Below are positions 11,301 to 22,499 of a DNA stretch of 64,000 nt, one piece after another; positions within the stretch are counted from its first letter, which is position 1; each line of letters opens with the position of its first letter. The position numbers and the translations under genes were made by a program. Source of the stretch: Takakia lepidozioides (taxonomy: Eukaryota > Plantae > Bryophyta); the NCBI GenBank assembly GCA_030704615.1, contig CM060734.1:16616001-16680000 (forward strand). The letters run 5' to 3'. The notes under the pieces are model-generated. The model searched no databases and was not told the origin of the DNA. It was given only the letters and a program-made list of their open reading frames with translations.

Positions 11301-14300
11301 GTCAATTAAAGACATAAATAACCCAAAACAGGGCACCATCTAACATTTCCATTCTTGTCATAGCTTCCCATGAATTGACATCACCCAATCAGTCATGATA
11401 AAACAGGGTGGGAGGGCGGGATTTGTTCATGTAGGGGATGCAAGCATCTTGAACACCCGAGATCCGGCCATCTTGGCCAATGAATCATTTGTTCATGTGT
11501 GGGACAAGATAAGATATTGCTGCCCATGTGCAGGCTGCAAGGCCTCTTGGTTCAGCCTGTACACATACCTTACCAGCAGGTCATGTATTGAAGGAGCACA
11601 AAAATGTTGAGGTCATGCAAAGGGCAAGGTACCATGGTCCAGCCTGGCCTTTTACCATTTCAAGACACGTTTTCACATAGGTATCTTGGACATGATCCAC
11701 GGGTTGCAGCAACTTACCTTTTCAGCCATTAATTATGGCAGGTCATGCATCAGCCAAGGCATAAGGACCAGCCTGCAGTTTGTCAGAATCTCAGTATGCC
11801 ACCAAGCAGTCCAACTTGAGCAAGATGAAATAGATTCCATATCATTTGTATTCACCCCGAGACATGTGATCATATAAGGTATCAAGGGAATGTGAATGCA
11901 GCCTGTCAAATTGTAGGTTCAAGACTTGTACAAACAAGCAGCATGAACAGTCGAGATCCAGCCTCTTTTGTATATAAAAAACCAGATTGCAGGTCATAGG
12001 CCTGATGTCATGACAGAGCCAAAACTATAGGTAGGATCCCATTACAGCTTACCATCCTCATCCTTCAAGAGTTCCATGCTAAGACATGCAAAGAACACCT
12101 TACTATGATCCAGTACATATCATAAGCAGGCCTGAAAAGGAGCAGGGCAGTGCCCTACCAGGCTACCGCCATAACCTTCAAGGCCACCACGTCCATAGAC
12201 ACCCAAAACCGCCAAAAACATACCACCAAAAACCAGATCCTCTTTGGCCAAAAAAACTTACAACCTAGCTTAATAATCCACAGACCTTGCTGTCAAAGAT
12301 CTAAAGGTAGGGTATGGTTTGTGTGCATGCCTCAGGAAACAGGCCAGTCAGGCCGAGCTGCGCATCGGCGGCAGAACGACAAAGGCCAGAACGCAGGCTG
12401 TAGCATGTCAAGCCAGGGGCAGTCAGGTTGAAATCGGGGCTGCAGGCAGCAGCCACCTCACATCGCATAAACCCATAGGTCTCCTCAGCCCATATCCCAA
12501 TCTGCATGCTCAAGAAACTTCAAAGTAGGTGAGGATCCTCACCTGGTCCCATCACAAGCCCCCACAAAAACCAACAGGTTAGTGAGGATTGTGGAACCCC
12601 AGGTGAATCACAGACCCTCACACTTGTCATCGATGTCAACTAAGAAACTCAAAAGCAAGAGAAAGAGATAAGAACATGAGAATCCCTAAACTCCAAAGGC
12701 ACCTTAAGCGATTGGGGAAGAGGGTTATGCGCCATCACCACCCGCAACAAGCCGCCTCCACAAAGCACATAAGCAATGAAGCAAAGCAGGCACAATCGCA
12801 AGGCACTAGAAAGGAGGGAGAGAACTCCCCATCATAAGCACCCTTGCTAAGCACAAAAAAAGCCAGAGGAGGGAAGATGCCACTGCATTCATAGCGACAT
12901 TTCCTGCTGCAAGAGAGACAAGGCGCCGCCTTTCTCCCTAGGCGCTCGTCTAGCATGGGTACGACACCACAAACGGGGCGGCCACCGAAGCACATCCGCC
13001 ATAACACTCTCCTCACGAGCTCAGAAGCACATCGCGTGCTTCTGACAGAGGGAGAGACAACATAGGGTTTTTTGTCCCCTGATTATTCATCCGTGGATGA
13101 AAAATAGTAGGACGCATCCGTATACCCTGACGGATCTCATCCGTAGCAAGGTTAAAAATAGGTTTTGGGGTAGGGGTTAGGGTTTCCACCATAATTAATC
13201 ATAATAAGGGGTAGTAAAGATCAATTCCAGGTCATAATCACACCATCCATAGACAGATCACTTGTGTCAGGATGAAAAAGTAGGGAATATCATCCGTGGC
13301 AGCGTCTTACCTCCATCTAGGTAATTTTATCATTCCTCACCAGACCATCCGGTATGGATAAAAAGAGTCAATAAAAGAGGAATGAAAAATTATCATCCTG
13401 GTAGTTTTTCAACCGGTACGGATGGAAAAACAGGATGCTGTTGGCAACCTCCATAGAGGTAATTTTTTCTTCCATGGTGACTCATCCGGTATGGATGAGA
13501 GTCAATAAAGGAGGAATGAAAAAGCCAAAAGAACCATCCTAGAGGTAATTCAGTGTCCATCCTGGTGGCTCATCCGGTATGGATGAAAAAGCCTGATAGA
13601 GGATGAGAAAACAAGAAGTCAACACTGATAGCAAGCTGCCAATTCCCAGTAGAGAGGGAGAGAGAGGGAGAGAGAGAGGGAGTGAGAGGGAGACATCAGG
13701 GGGCAACAAAGAAATGAAAAGAAGGTGGGGGGGGGGGGAGTGACTGAGCAGCTGCTGCTACTCAGTCACTCCCCCCCCCCCCCAATTTTTTTATTTTTCT
13801 TTGTTTCCCCCTCTCTTGGGGAAACAAAAGGGACAGATCCTACCTCTGTCAGGGGCTGACGTTGGTAGTAAGACTTACCTTCACATATAGAATTAATCCG
13901 GGTTTTCCAGATATCCTCTACAAATCCCTTCACACAAGCATCAATCTGTTGTGTGTGAGATGCCCAAAAACTAGGCCTCAGAAGGGGCTGGGCTTTTGGC
14001 TCAGCCTCGACTTTTTCAAAGTTAGTAAACAGAGGTACATGAACAATTCCCTTGATAGATTTGAAGAGAGCGTCTCTTTGGCGAGAGAACCCCAGACAGT
14101 GTATCAGAAAATGAGTACTGTCTTCAGATTGCCCACACAACGGGCAATTGCACTCTCCCTTTCCTCTCTGCTTCTGTTTGTTGTTCAAAGGTAGGCTTCC
14201 TGCCCTGAGTTTAAATTTCAGTCTAGTGCCGAGAGTGGGTAGACCCTTGAGGTCATCCAAGATGTCCTCCCCCATGTCACTGACTGGAAACAAGTTCAGG

Positions 14301-14570
14301 GAAGTTTTTTGCCTAACTTCATTTTCATCAGACAATCTCATGGCAACAAACATAGTTGGACACTACAGCCTCTAAGTCAGATTTATCCAGCAGGGTGAAG
14401 ACTTGCGGTTCGAGGTCCAGGTCCTTGAGAATCTCTTCTACTGTCTTCTGCCAGGACTTAGCCTGTTTGATAGGTCGGTGGGCGGTCCTGTTTCCAAGAT
14501 ATAGCGTCGATTAACTTAGGATATATGGTGTTGGACATATGCTGCAGCTGACCCCACCATCTGACCTCCC
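8325..14570 (-). repeat. Head-to-tail array of chimeric non-autonomous units (CT microsatellite, CATCC palindromes, variable core, conserved double hairpin, LINE 3' fragment, G/C foldback)
   Basis: The LINE fragment recurs at 8325-8790, 10640-11250 and 13780-14570. Unit cores lie at 8790-10530 and 11250-13700. Foldbacks at 10545-10665 and 13695-13815. Confidence 0.7.
13766..14570 (-). pseudogene. C-terminal fragment of a LINE reverse transcriptase ORF with a CCHC zinc knuckle
   Basis: KFKLRAGSLPL...CPLCGQSEDSTHFLIHC...FVEDIWKTR. Further copies at 8325-8790, 10640-11250 and 60020-60285. Confidence 0.75.
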
Positions 14571-14600
14571 CCCCCCCAACCCATTTTTTTTCATTGTTGC

Positions 14601-17320
14601 CCCCTCTCTCCCTCTCCCTCTATAACTCTTTGGAATTCATCTGACCTTAACCTTTTGAGGTTATTTAGTTTTTCATCCCAGCCTTTTTCATCCAAATTTG
14701 GATGATTTTATTATAGGGTGATGAAACTTAATGTAAAAAAAGCTGGATTTACCATCTATTTCTTTCATCTAAACTGGATGATCTACATAAATAATGGTTA
14801 CCTACTATAAAATCCAAGAGAATAATAAAACTACCATCATAAATGATGGCAGTTATTAAACCTAAGCCTATACCATAACCCTAAAAGATACATTTCTATG
14901 GGATGTCATCCATTGACAAGGTGCCTCTCTTGGTAAAATATGATTTTTCATCCACCCTGGATGAAAAATCGGGAAGTTTTGCCCTAACCAGGCCGACACA
15001 CTTCACAACACTGAATTCATGCTTCAGTGAACCTTGATGATGCGCCGTATAAACCCGCTCCCCTGCTGCTACATGGTACTCGTGATGGCTGGCTCTTGGG
15101 ATGCGCATTGGTGGTTAAACAGATTCTTCTCTGGCAGACGACAAAGCGGTGATCGCTTTGATCAGAAACTCATGGTTCTTTATTTTGCAGCGGCGCTTTT
15201 ACTCCTTGTTGGGAAGTACTCTATCCCTATTTATCTACAGATTACATGTTGCTCTCTCTTTGTGTATGAGCCATTCTCTATCTGTGAACGCTTCTACTCT
15301 GATTGCGTTATGTTGAAGACAATCTGTTGGACGCCATGGCGCAGGGCATACCACAAACACTCGAGGTTTTTTGAGTTTACCCTTGCTTGAATTGTGATCT
15401 GTACTTGCTTTAGAATTCAACACTGACATGGATAGCAACTGTGAAGACCTGTCATTTACCTGCTGCATCCTCACTAACACACATCGCTATGTGGTGGTTT
15501 TTGGGACGGGCACAGGTGAGGGTCTTCACTTGTCTTGATTTCTTGAAAGCTTGCAGCTCCTGTTCTTGCAAATGTGGATTCTGCTGCTGCCTATGCTGCT
15601 GATGCCATCTACTGTTTCAAACTGCCACCATACCGCTTCAGACCTGCTCCAAGATGGCTCCAATGAGGATCTGCTTCTCTCCTTACCCCTGGTTTTGGTT
15701 TTTTACAACCACATTTGCATGTGTAGGAGTTAAGCTATGAAAGATACAATGATACAAAATAGCAGTTATTACTCTAACTGCCTTGATACTTGGCTCTGAA
15801 ATGAAACTTCTTGGTATGACTCTGATGGATCAAAAAGATAGGCTTTGATAGATAACACACATACTTCAAGGCCCTCATATCATTTTGGTTTCATGGCTTG
15901 ATAACAAACTGGGGTTTCTGAGCTGCTCTTTCACCTTGGCAGAACTATTTTATGAGGCCTTAAAATACCAGCTCAGCAGTGAAAGAACAGCTCAGAAACC
16001 CATGTTTGTTATCAAGCCATGAGACCAAAATGATATGAGGGCCTTGAAGTATGTGTGTTATCTATCAAAGCCTATCCTTTTGATCCATCAGAGTCATACC
16101 AAGAAGTTTCATTTCAGAGCCAAGTATCAAAGCAGTCAGAGTAATAACTGCTATTTTGTATCCTTGTACCCTTCATAGTTTAACTCCTACACATGCAAAT
16201 GTGGTTGTAAAAAACCAAAAACAGGGGTAAGGAGAGAAGCAGATCCTCATTGGAGCCATCTTGGAGCAGGTCTGAAGCGGCATGGTGGCTGTTTGAAACA
16301 GCAAATGGCATCAGCAGCATAGGCAGCAGCAGAATCCACATTTGCAAGAACAGGAGCTGCAAGCTTCAAGAAATCAAGACAAGTGAAGACCCTCACCTGT
16401 GCCCGTCCCAAAAACCACCACATAGCAATGTGTGTTAGTGAGGATGCAGCAGGTAAATGACAGGTCTTCACAGTTGCTATCCATGTCAGTGTTGAATTCT
16501 AAAGCAAGTACAGATCACAATTCAAGCAAGGGTAAACTCAAAAAACCTCGAGTGTTTGTGGTATGCCCTGCGCCATGGCGTCCAACAGATCGTCTTCAAC
16601 ATAACGCAATCAGAGTAGAAGCGTTCACAGATAGAGAATGGCTCATACACAAAGAGAGAGCAACATGTAATCTGTAGATAAATAGGGATAGAGTACTTCC
16701 CAACAAGGAGTAAAAGCGCCGCTGCAAAATAAAGAACCATGAGTTTCTGATCAAAGCGATCACCGCTTTGTCGTCTGCCAGAGAAGAATCTGTTTAACCA
16801 CCAATGCGCATCCCAAGAGCCAGCCATCACGAGTACCATGTAGCAGCAGGGGAGCGGGTTTATACAGCGCATCATCAAGGTTCACTGAAGCATGAATTCA
16901 GTGTTGTGAAGTGTGTCGGCCTGGTTAGGGCAAAACTTCCCGATTTTTCATCCAGGGTGGATGAAAAATCATATTTTACCAAGAGAGGCACCTTGTCAAT
17001 GGATGACATCCCATAGAAATGTATCTTTTAGGGTTATGGTATAGGCTTAGGTTTAATAACTGCCATCATTTATGATGGTAGTTTTATTATTCTCTTGGAT
17101 TTTATAGTAGGTAACCATTATTTATGTAGATCATCCAGTTTAGATGAAAGAAATAGATGGTAAATCCAGCTTTTTTTACATTAAGTTTCATCACCCTATA
17201 ATAAAATCATCCAAATTTGGATGAAAAAGGCTGGGATGAAAAACTAAATAACCTCAAAAGGTTAAGGTCAGATGAATTCCAAAGAGTTATAGAGGCAGGG
17301 GGAGAGAGGGAGAGAGAGGG
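14601..17320. repeat. Long inverted repeat: two near-identical arms of about 1.33 kb with a spacer of about 45 bp
   Basis: Arms at about 14601-15933 and 15979-17320. The mirrored ORFs 15034-15390(+) and 16522-16878(-) differ at one residue. A third copy lies at 9190-10530. Confidence 0.92.
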
Positions 17321-17600
17321 ACCCACCAGCCAATCCCCTGGCATGGCAGAACCTTACGGAGTGAGTGTGGTATGCACTCACCCCGTAAGGGAGTGCATAC
17401 CAGACCTCTTCTCATAAGGTTTTCCCTCTTCCATGTAGTTCTATCCTCAGATTATATTATCCAAAGGAATAGAATCCTACATCCTCACTTCCTCGGATCA
17501 AGAATGAAACATTGGCATAAATGTATCATAGCAAAACTAGTATAGTATCACTAGAAAAGAACGGAGAGTTCAATGGTATAACTTAGCTCTGTATAAGTTC

Positions 17601-18760
17601 TTAGAAAGTACCTTTCAGTTTCTCAATAAGCTCTTGTACAGGGAAGAGCAGGCCAGGGAATGAACCACGTTCAAGGAATTTTGTCAAGATACGAGCAAGT
17701 TTTCTGGTCTTGAAACCATTCCTCCCAAGAGTGTTAATCAGAATGCTACACTCCTTCCCAGCCAAATCAACATTGCTGGAAATGTATAGAATAGGCACAA
17801 CTTGTGAAATCACAATGTTATGAGATTGATTCACAGGCCTATTGGATAAGAACTGGATATATTGAGTGTAAGTGAAAGGGAGTAGTCTTCTCTTGTCATA
17901 TTTCTGGAAATGGAATAGCATTGCATCACCCACATTCAACCAACATATATCATCAATGTATCTGAAGGCAGATTTAAACATAGGCATAAGCTGGAATTGT
18001 CCTAAAGCTGCAAGCCTTAAGATGAATTTGATCTCATAAGAAAGGAAGTACATGTTGCACCATAATGGTGAGCATGAAAAACCCATAGGTATTCGAGAAA
18101 TCTACTGCCACACACGGTCCCCTAAGGCAACAAAACAGTATGACATAAGCCATTTGTGGAGCATAAGTAGCTTGACTTCAGAAAGCTCAATCCAGGTACT
18201 TGATTTTGGGGAAGACGTGCCCCACCTACTTTTTCCTAAAGTACCGTTTTTGGCTGGAATCCATAGAGTATGACGTGCCCGGGGGTGAGACCGATGATGT
18301 TGCTGGAATGCAATCTTCACCACGTATTCAATGGCGTCCCCTAAGTTATCCTGTCCTGTCAAAGGTATGTTCTCATAGCATTGTGTAATGTCAGCAACAA
18401 AGATGTTATGGATTTTTTCAGGCAGGTTTAGTGTAAAGTTAGTGATGGAATCGATAATCCAATACATAGCAGTAGATACTTTGAAAAATTGCTCATAAGT
18501 ATCCAGCCTTGTCTTGGCCCATTCTTTTACCAATGGTAGAAGATCCATGGTAGCCCTTGTAAGAAGGCTAGCAAGTTCACTGAAAACACATTTATAGGCA
18601 TTGGTAATCCATCTGTATTTTTTCTTATGTAGCTTGTAGATTCCCATAATGTCAGGTAATCTACAGGAGGGAGCAGGTATCTCCGGAATCAGACTCTGTA
18701 TTTCCACGGAAATGTTTCCTAGAACAAGGTCAGGTGGCAGCCATACCTCAGCTTGTACTT
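17601..18760 (-). pseudogene. PLE reverse transcriptase core and thumb
   Basis: ORFs 18102-18707 and 17601-18086 are in one frame, separated by a single TAG (WQ*ISRIPMG). RYIDD catalytic motif. Apparent internal deletion between VGDAMLF and HFQKYDK. Confidence 0.88.
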
Positions 18761-18937
18761 AGTGGTTTTTGTACACACCATCTACCTTTACCCTTCTCCT
18801 TTTCACCTTCTCATTTTGATATATTGACAATTGTTCTCGGGGGGCCTTGACAGAAAGTCACCAAAGGAGGTCCTAGCTGGAATGAGGACCTCATAGCCCT
18901 GGGGTATCAGTCCCCACTACCTCCTCCAATTCTTGCT

Positions 18938-20468
18938 GTGCAGGCAACCCTCGCACAAGTCACACCAAGTGACTTCCATGCTGCATTGCAAAAGATGGAT
19001 ACTGAGGCCTTGGAAAATTCAGGTGATGAAAACCCCGTGTTATTACTTGAAACCTTGGCTTTGGAAAATTGGGTTGCACTTGGCATCATGGCAAATAAGA
19101 ATGGCAGGTACCTGGAGAAGCTCCAAGAATTCAATACTAAAATGATTGAGGTACTGGAAGATGATGTCGAGGAGCTGATACAATGGGAAAAGAAGGGATC
19201 AGCCATTGAGGCAGCTCTTAGAATGGCGAACCCAGAAGATGACCAGACTGTCTCCACGCAGAAATCTGCAAACACATCTGAAAAAGACTTCATCCCTTCT
19301 GTAAGTAATCACCCTTGGGCACATGATTTTACCGGATGAAGAAAAAGAGGCAGTGAGAGAATTCTGTGAACAAGTAGAAATCTCACAAGTGGAACAAGAA
19401 AGGGCAGCAGGTGCCACTCCTGGAAATCTGCAGTTTGTCCCTTGGTTGCCTCCCCGTGCAGTTGAATTAGAGGTTGCCAATAACGACCACATGATGTGGC
19501 ACCCACATGCTAATATCAACTTATTGGCACCCATTTCTATTGAAATGTGGGTCAAATGGGGCAACATAACTCCTGCTGAACGCAGTAGATGTGCACAGGA
19601 TGCTAAGGAGGGTTTTCAGAGAATAAAAAAAGAACCTATTGTTGTGGCATGGCCACTAAGGACCTTCTACTACAAGCTCTGTGACAAAGGTGAGAACCTT
19701 ACCTTGAGGACCAAAAATGACTTGCCGACTGGTTCGGCCAGATCCAAAAATCACAAGAGTCAACTCTTCAACTGGCATCGTCCCTACATAAGATGTAACT
19801 GTGGACAAGGAGGGGCACCCTCTTCTTGCATTGGGAGTGTTGCTTGGTTTGACCATATGGTATGGTATATGCTGAACAATCTGATTGTGTTCTTCCCTGA
19901 TGATGCCTATCCTTCGGTGCAAACCAAGTATTACAGCTTTCTGGTGTGGATCATGCGGGCTGCCAGATCTGCTGTATTTGCACAAATTACCTTCCAGATG
20001 ACCCGGAGCTTCATAATGGAAGCAGCTTGTGAATTCTCAATTGACCCCCAAGCCAAGTTGCTTGTGAAGTTAGGAGAATCCAAGGGGGCCAGATACATTG
20101 AGAAACTTGTGAAACCTGCGTCTTTTTCAGACAGCCTTCCCAGGCCACAATTCAATAGCTACAAACAGCAGCGTATGGAGGGGCAGACGCCTCCTCAACA
20201 AGGCAAGAACAATGCCACTCGAGGCAGAGGCACCCCTGGTCGTGGAAGAGGTCTCTACCAAAGAGGAGGACGCTCTGGCAGGGGACAATACTCTACCAAC
20301 ACCTCTGAGAATTCAAGAGCAACGAATCGGTCATCACTTGGGGGTTCGGGTGCTAATTCCAGTACCACCATCAACATCGCCAGCCAGGAGTCATACAAGA
20401 CTCGTCGTATCACTGACGAATTCTCCCCAATACGCAAACGAAATTTTGGATCATGGACAGATCTTTAA
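18938..20468 (+). CDS. ORF1 of the Penelope-like element (unknown function; acidic helical N-terminus, RG/RGG-rich C-terminus), probably one ORF split by a frameshift near 19325
   Basis: Overlapping ORFs of 133 aa and 381 aa directly upstream of ORF2. RGRGTPGRGRG..RGGRSGRG tail. No GIY-YIG motif seen. Confidence 0.6.
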
Positions 20469-21356
20469 AAATCTCATTTTTGGTATGTTCTTCAACTTTG
20501 TATGTGCAGATGCGTTGTTTGGTCTTGAGGATGGTTGCAGACAAATTGAAACTCAAGCCCATGGCAGGAAATTCATAAAACAGGCAGCAAAACCTGCTCC
20601 CTTGGGATTCATTCATATGTTGTACCCAAACCGTGGTATGGAGTGGATAAACCCTAGGAACTTGATAAAAGAAGCTTTTTTGGAATTTGGACAAAATGAC
20701 TTAGCTATTCTCATCGATGAGATAGTTTTTGGATGGACATATCATAAACAAAGCAGCTCTGAGTATTATCAGCCTGCTGCTGTTCTCCGTGATTTTTGCT
20801 TTATGCAAGACCTGATTCACTCACCAGATTGTCTATGTGACAGTGCCAAAAGGTTTCATGATTTTTGGGATGTGGATACAAAAACAGAATTCCATCTATC
20901 TGGTTCTACACCTACGCAACACGTACGTACCATGGACCTGAATATTATTAGACATGCAAGGCTGAAAGAACTATTCAGCCTAGGTATGAATCACATCCCT
21001 CTCAAACGTACTTTGCTGAAAGACGTTGTTGAACAAGTGTCTCTGGCTTTCCATAGAACCTGTGAAATTTTACATATAGACCCATGTGAATCTTGGGCAG
21101 CATCTTGCAGCCAATGGGTAAAAAACACATGCAGGGATAGATTGAAACAAAAAGCCGGCAGAGGAAGGTACGACTTCACTCACCATGAGCGCAATCCTCT
21201 TACTGTAAAAGAGGCAAAAGATGAACTTTCATGGCTTCTCAATCACCTGTATTTTTCTGGTCTTGACAAGGCTAACAACAATGTATGTTTTATGTGTGTG
21301 AAGCACATAAGAACTCAAGCCTTCCACAGACTGATGGGTAAAGACTTTACACCATG
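20464..21356 (+). pseudogene. N-terminal region of the PLE ORF2 (pre-RT, DKA motif)
   Basis: YPNRGMEWIN, CLC, HVRTMDLNIIRHARLKELFSLGMNH and LDKANNNVCFMCVK. Truncated at 21356, where Mutator repeats start. Confidence 0.8.
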
Positions 21357-22485
21357 GTCCCACAGCTCCATGTATGAGATACAAAAGGGAAATGCGGCGC
21401 CGCATTTCCGTTCTGGAATGTCGAAACGTGCGATCCGGACGGAAATGCGGCACAACATTTCAGTTCCCGTGGTTCATGATTTTCAATCTGAACGGAAATG
21501 CGGTACCGCATTTCCGTTCCCCCTTCACATACCTTCGTTGATGAACGGAAATGCCGTGCCACATTTCCGTTCGGGAAAGTATAGAGGTCTCAGCTAAACG
21601 GAAATGCGGTGCCGCATTTCCGGTCTGGAAAGTTTGAAGGTCTCACATAAATGGAAATGCGGCATCGCATTTCTGTTCCTGCTGTTGACGATTTTCAGTC
21701 AGAACGGAAGATAGTCCAATACTCTTAAAGAAATAGGCCGTGAATCAGATATGGGGAAGATAACACACAGCGGCGAATGAAATTGAGTGACAAGGCCGTT
21801 CTGTAGAGTATTAAGGTCTGACCCTGGCGGAAATGCGGTGCCGCATTTTCGTTCCAAAGCTCTATGCCTCACATACAAAACGGAAATGCGGCGCCGTATT
21901 TCCGTTTTGGAATGTCGGAAGGTGCGACTCCGACGGGAATGTTGTACCACATTTCAGTTCCGATGTTTCACAATTTTTCATAAGAACGGAAATGCGGTGC
22001 CGCATTTCCGTTCTAGCTTGTGAGGGAGGTGCGACTCGGATGGAAATGCGCTGCCGCATTTCAGTTCCGATGGTTCACGATTTACAGTCAGAACGGAAAT
22101 GCGGTACCTCATTTCCGTTCTGGATACTCTGAATGTCTGAAGCGGTCGGAATTGCGCTGTCTCAAGCGATCGGAATTGCACTCGGCTCCATGCATCAGAT
22201 ACAAACCGGAAATGCGGCGCCACATTTCCGTTCTGGAATGTCGGAAAGTGCCACTCGGACGGAAATGCGGTGCCGCATTTCTGTTCCCGTTGTTCATAAT
22301 TCTCAATCAGAACGGAAATGCGGTACCGCATTTCCGTTACACCTTCACATACCGTGCTTGCTGGATGGAAATGCGTTACCGCATTTCCGTTCTGGAGAGT
22401 ATGAAGGTCTCACCCGGGCGGAAATGCGGTGCTGCATTTCCGTTCTGGAATGTCGGAAAGTGCGACTCGGACGGAAATGCGGTGG
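21357..22485. repeat. Subterminal array of palindromic GGAAATGCGGYRCCGCATTTCC repeats of the Mutator-like element
   Basis: More than a dozen dispersed copies of the roughly 22-bp palindrome. The same motif recurs at 47260-47720. Confidence 0.88.
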
Positions 22486-22499
22486 GAAACCGACAGGCG

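Larger units (their letters stand above)
17321..21356. mobile_element. Penelope-like retroelement (Naiad/Chlamys-type RT), two ORFs, no visible GIY-YIG; 5' part (18761-21356, +) inverted relative to 3' part (18760-17321, -)
   Basis: On +, N-terminal PLE motifs HVRTMDLNII..LKELFSLG and DKANNNVCFMC. On -, YKLHK..RWIT, ADITQCYENIP, IPMGFSCSP, FRYIDD, YDKRR..F..SN.P..ISQ. The two pieces join almost seamlessly (..DFTP / VQAEVWLPP). Confidence 0.85.

Noticed and set aside
15466-15530. Twister-ribozyme resemblance (CTAACAC...GAGGG)
   Set aside because: The required pseudoknot partners and P4 loop are not present on the same strand.
21357-22485. CRISPR-like appearance of palindromic repeats with spacers
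   Set aside because: Spacing is irregular, spacers are related to each other, there are no cas genes, and the context is eukaryotic. The same motif flanks the other end of the MULE, so these are subterminal repeats.
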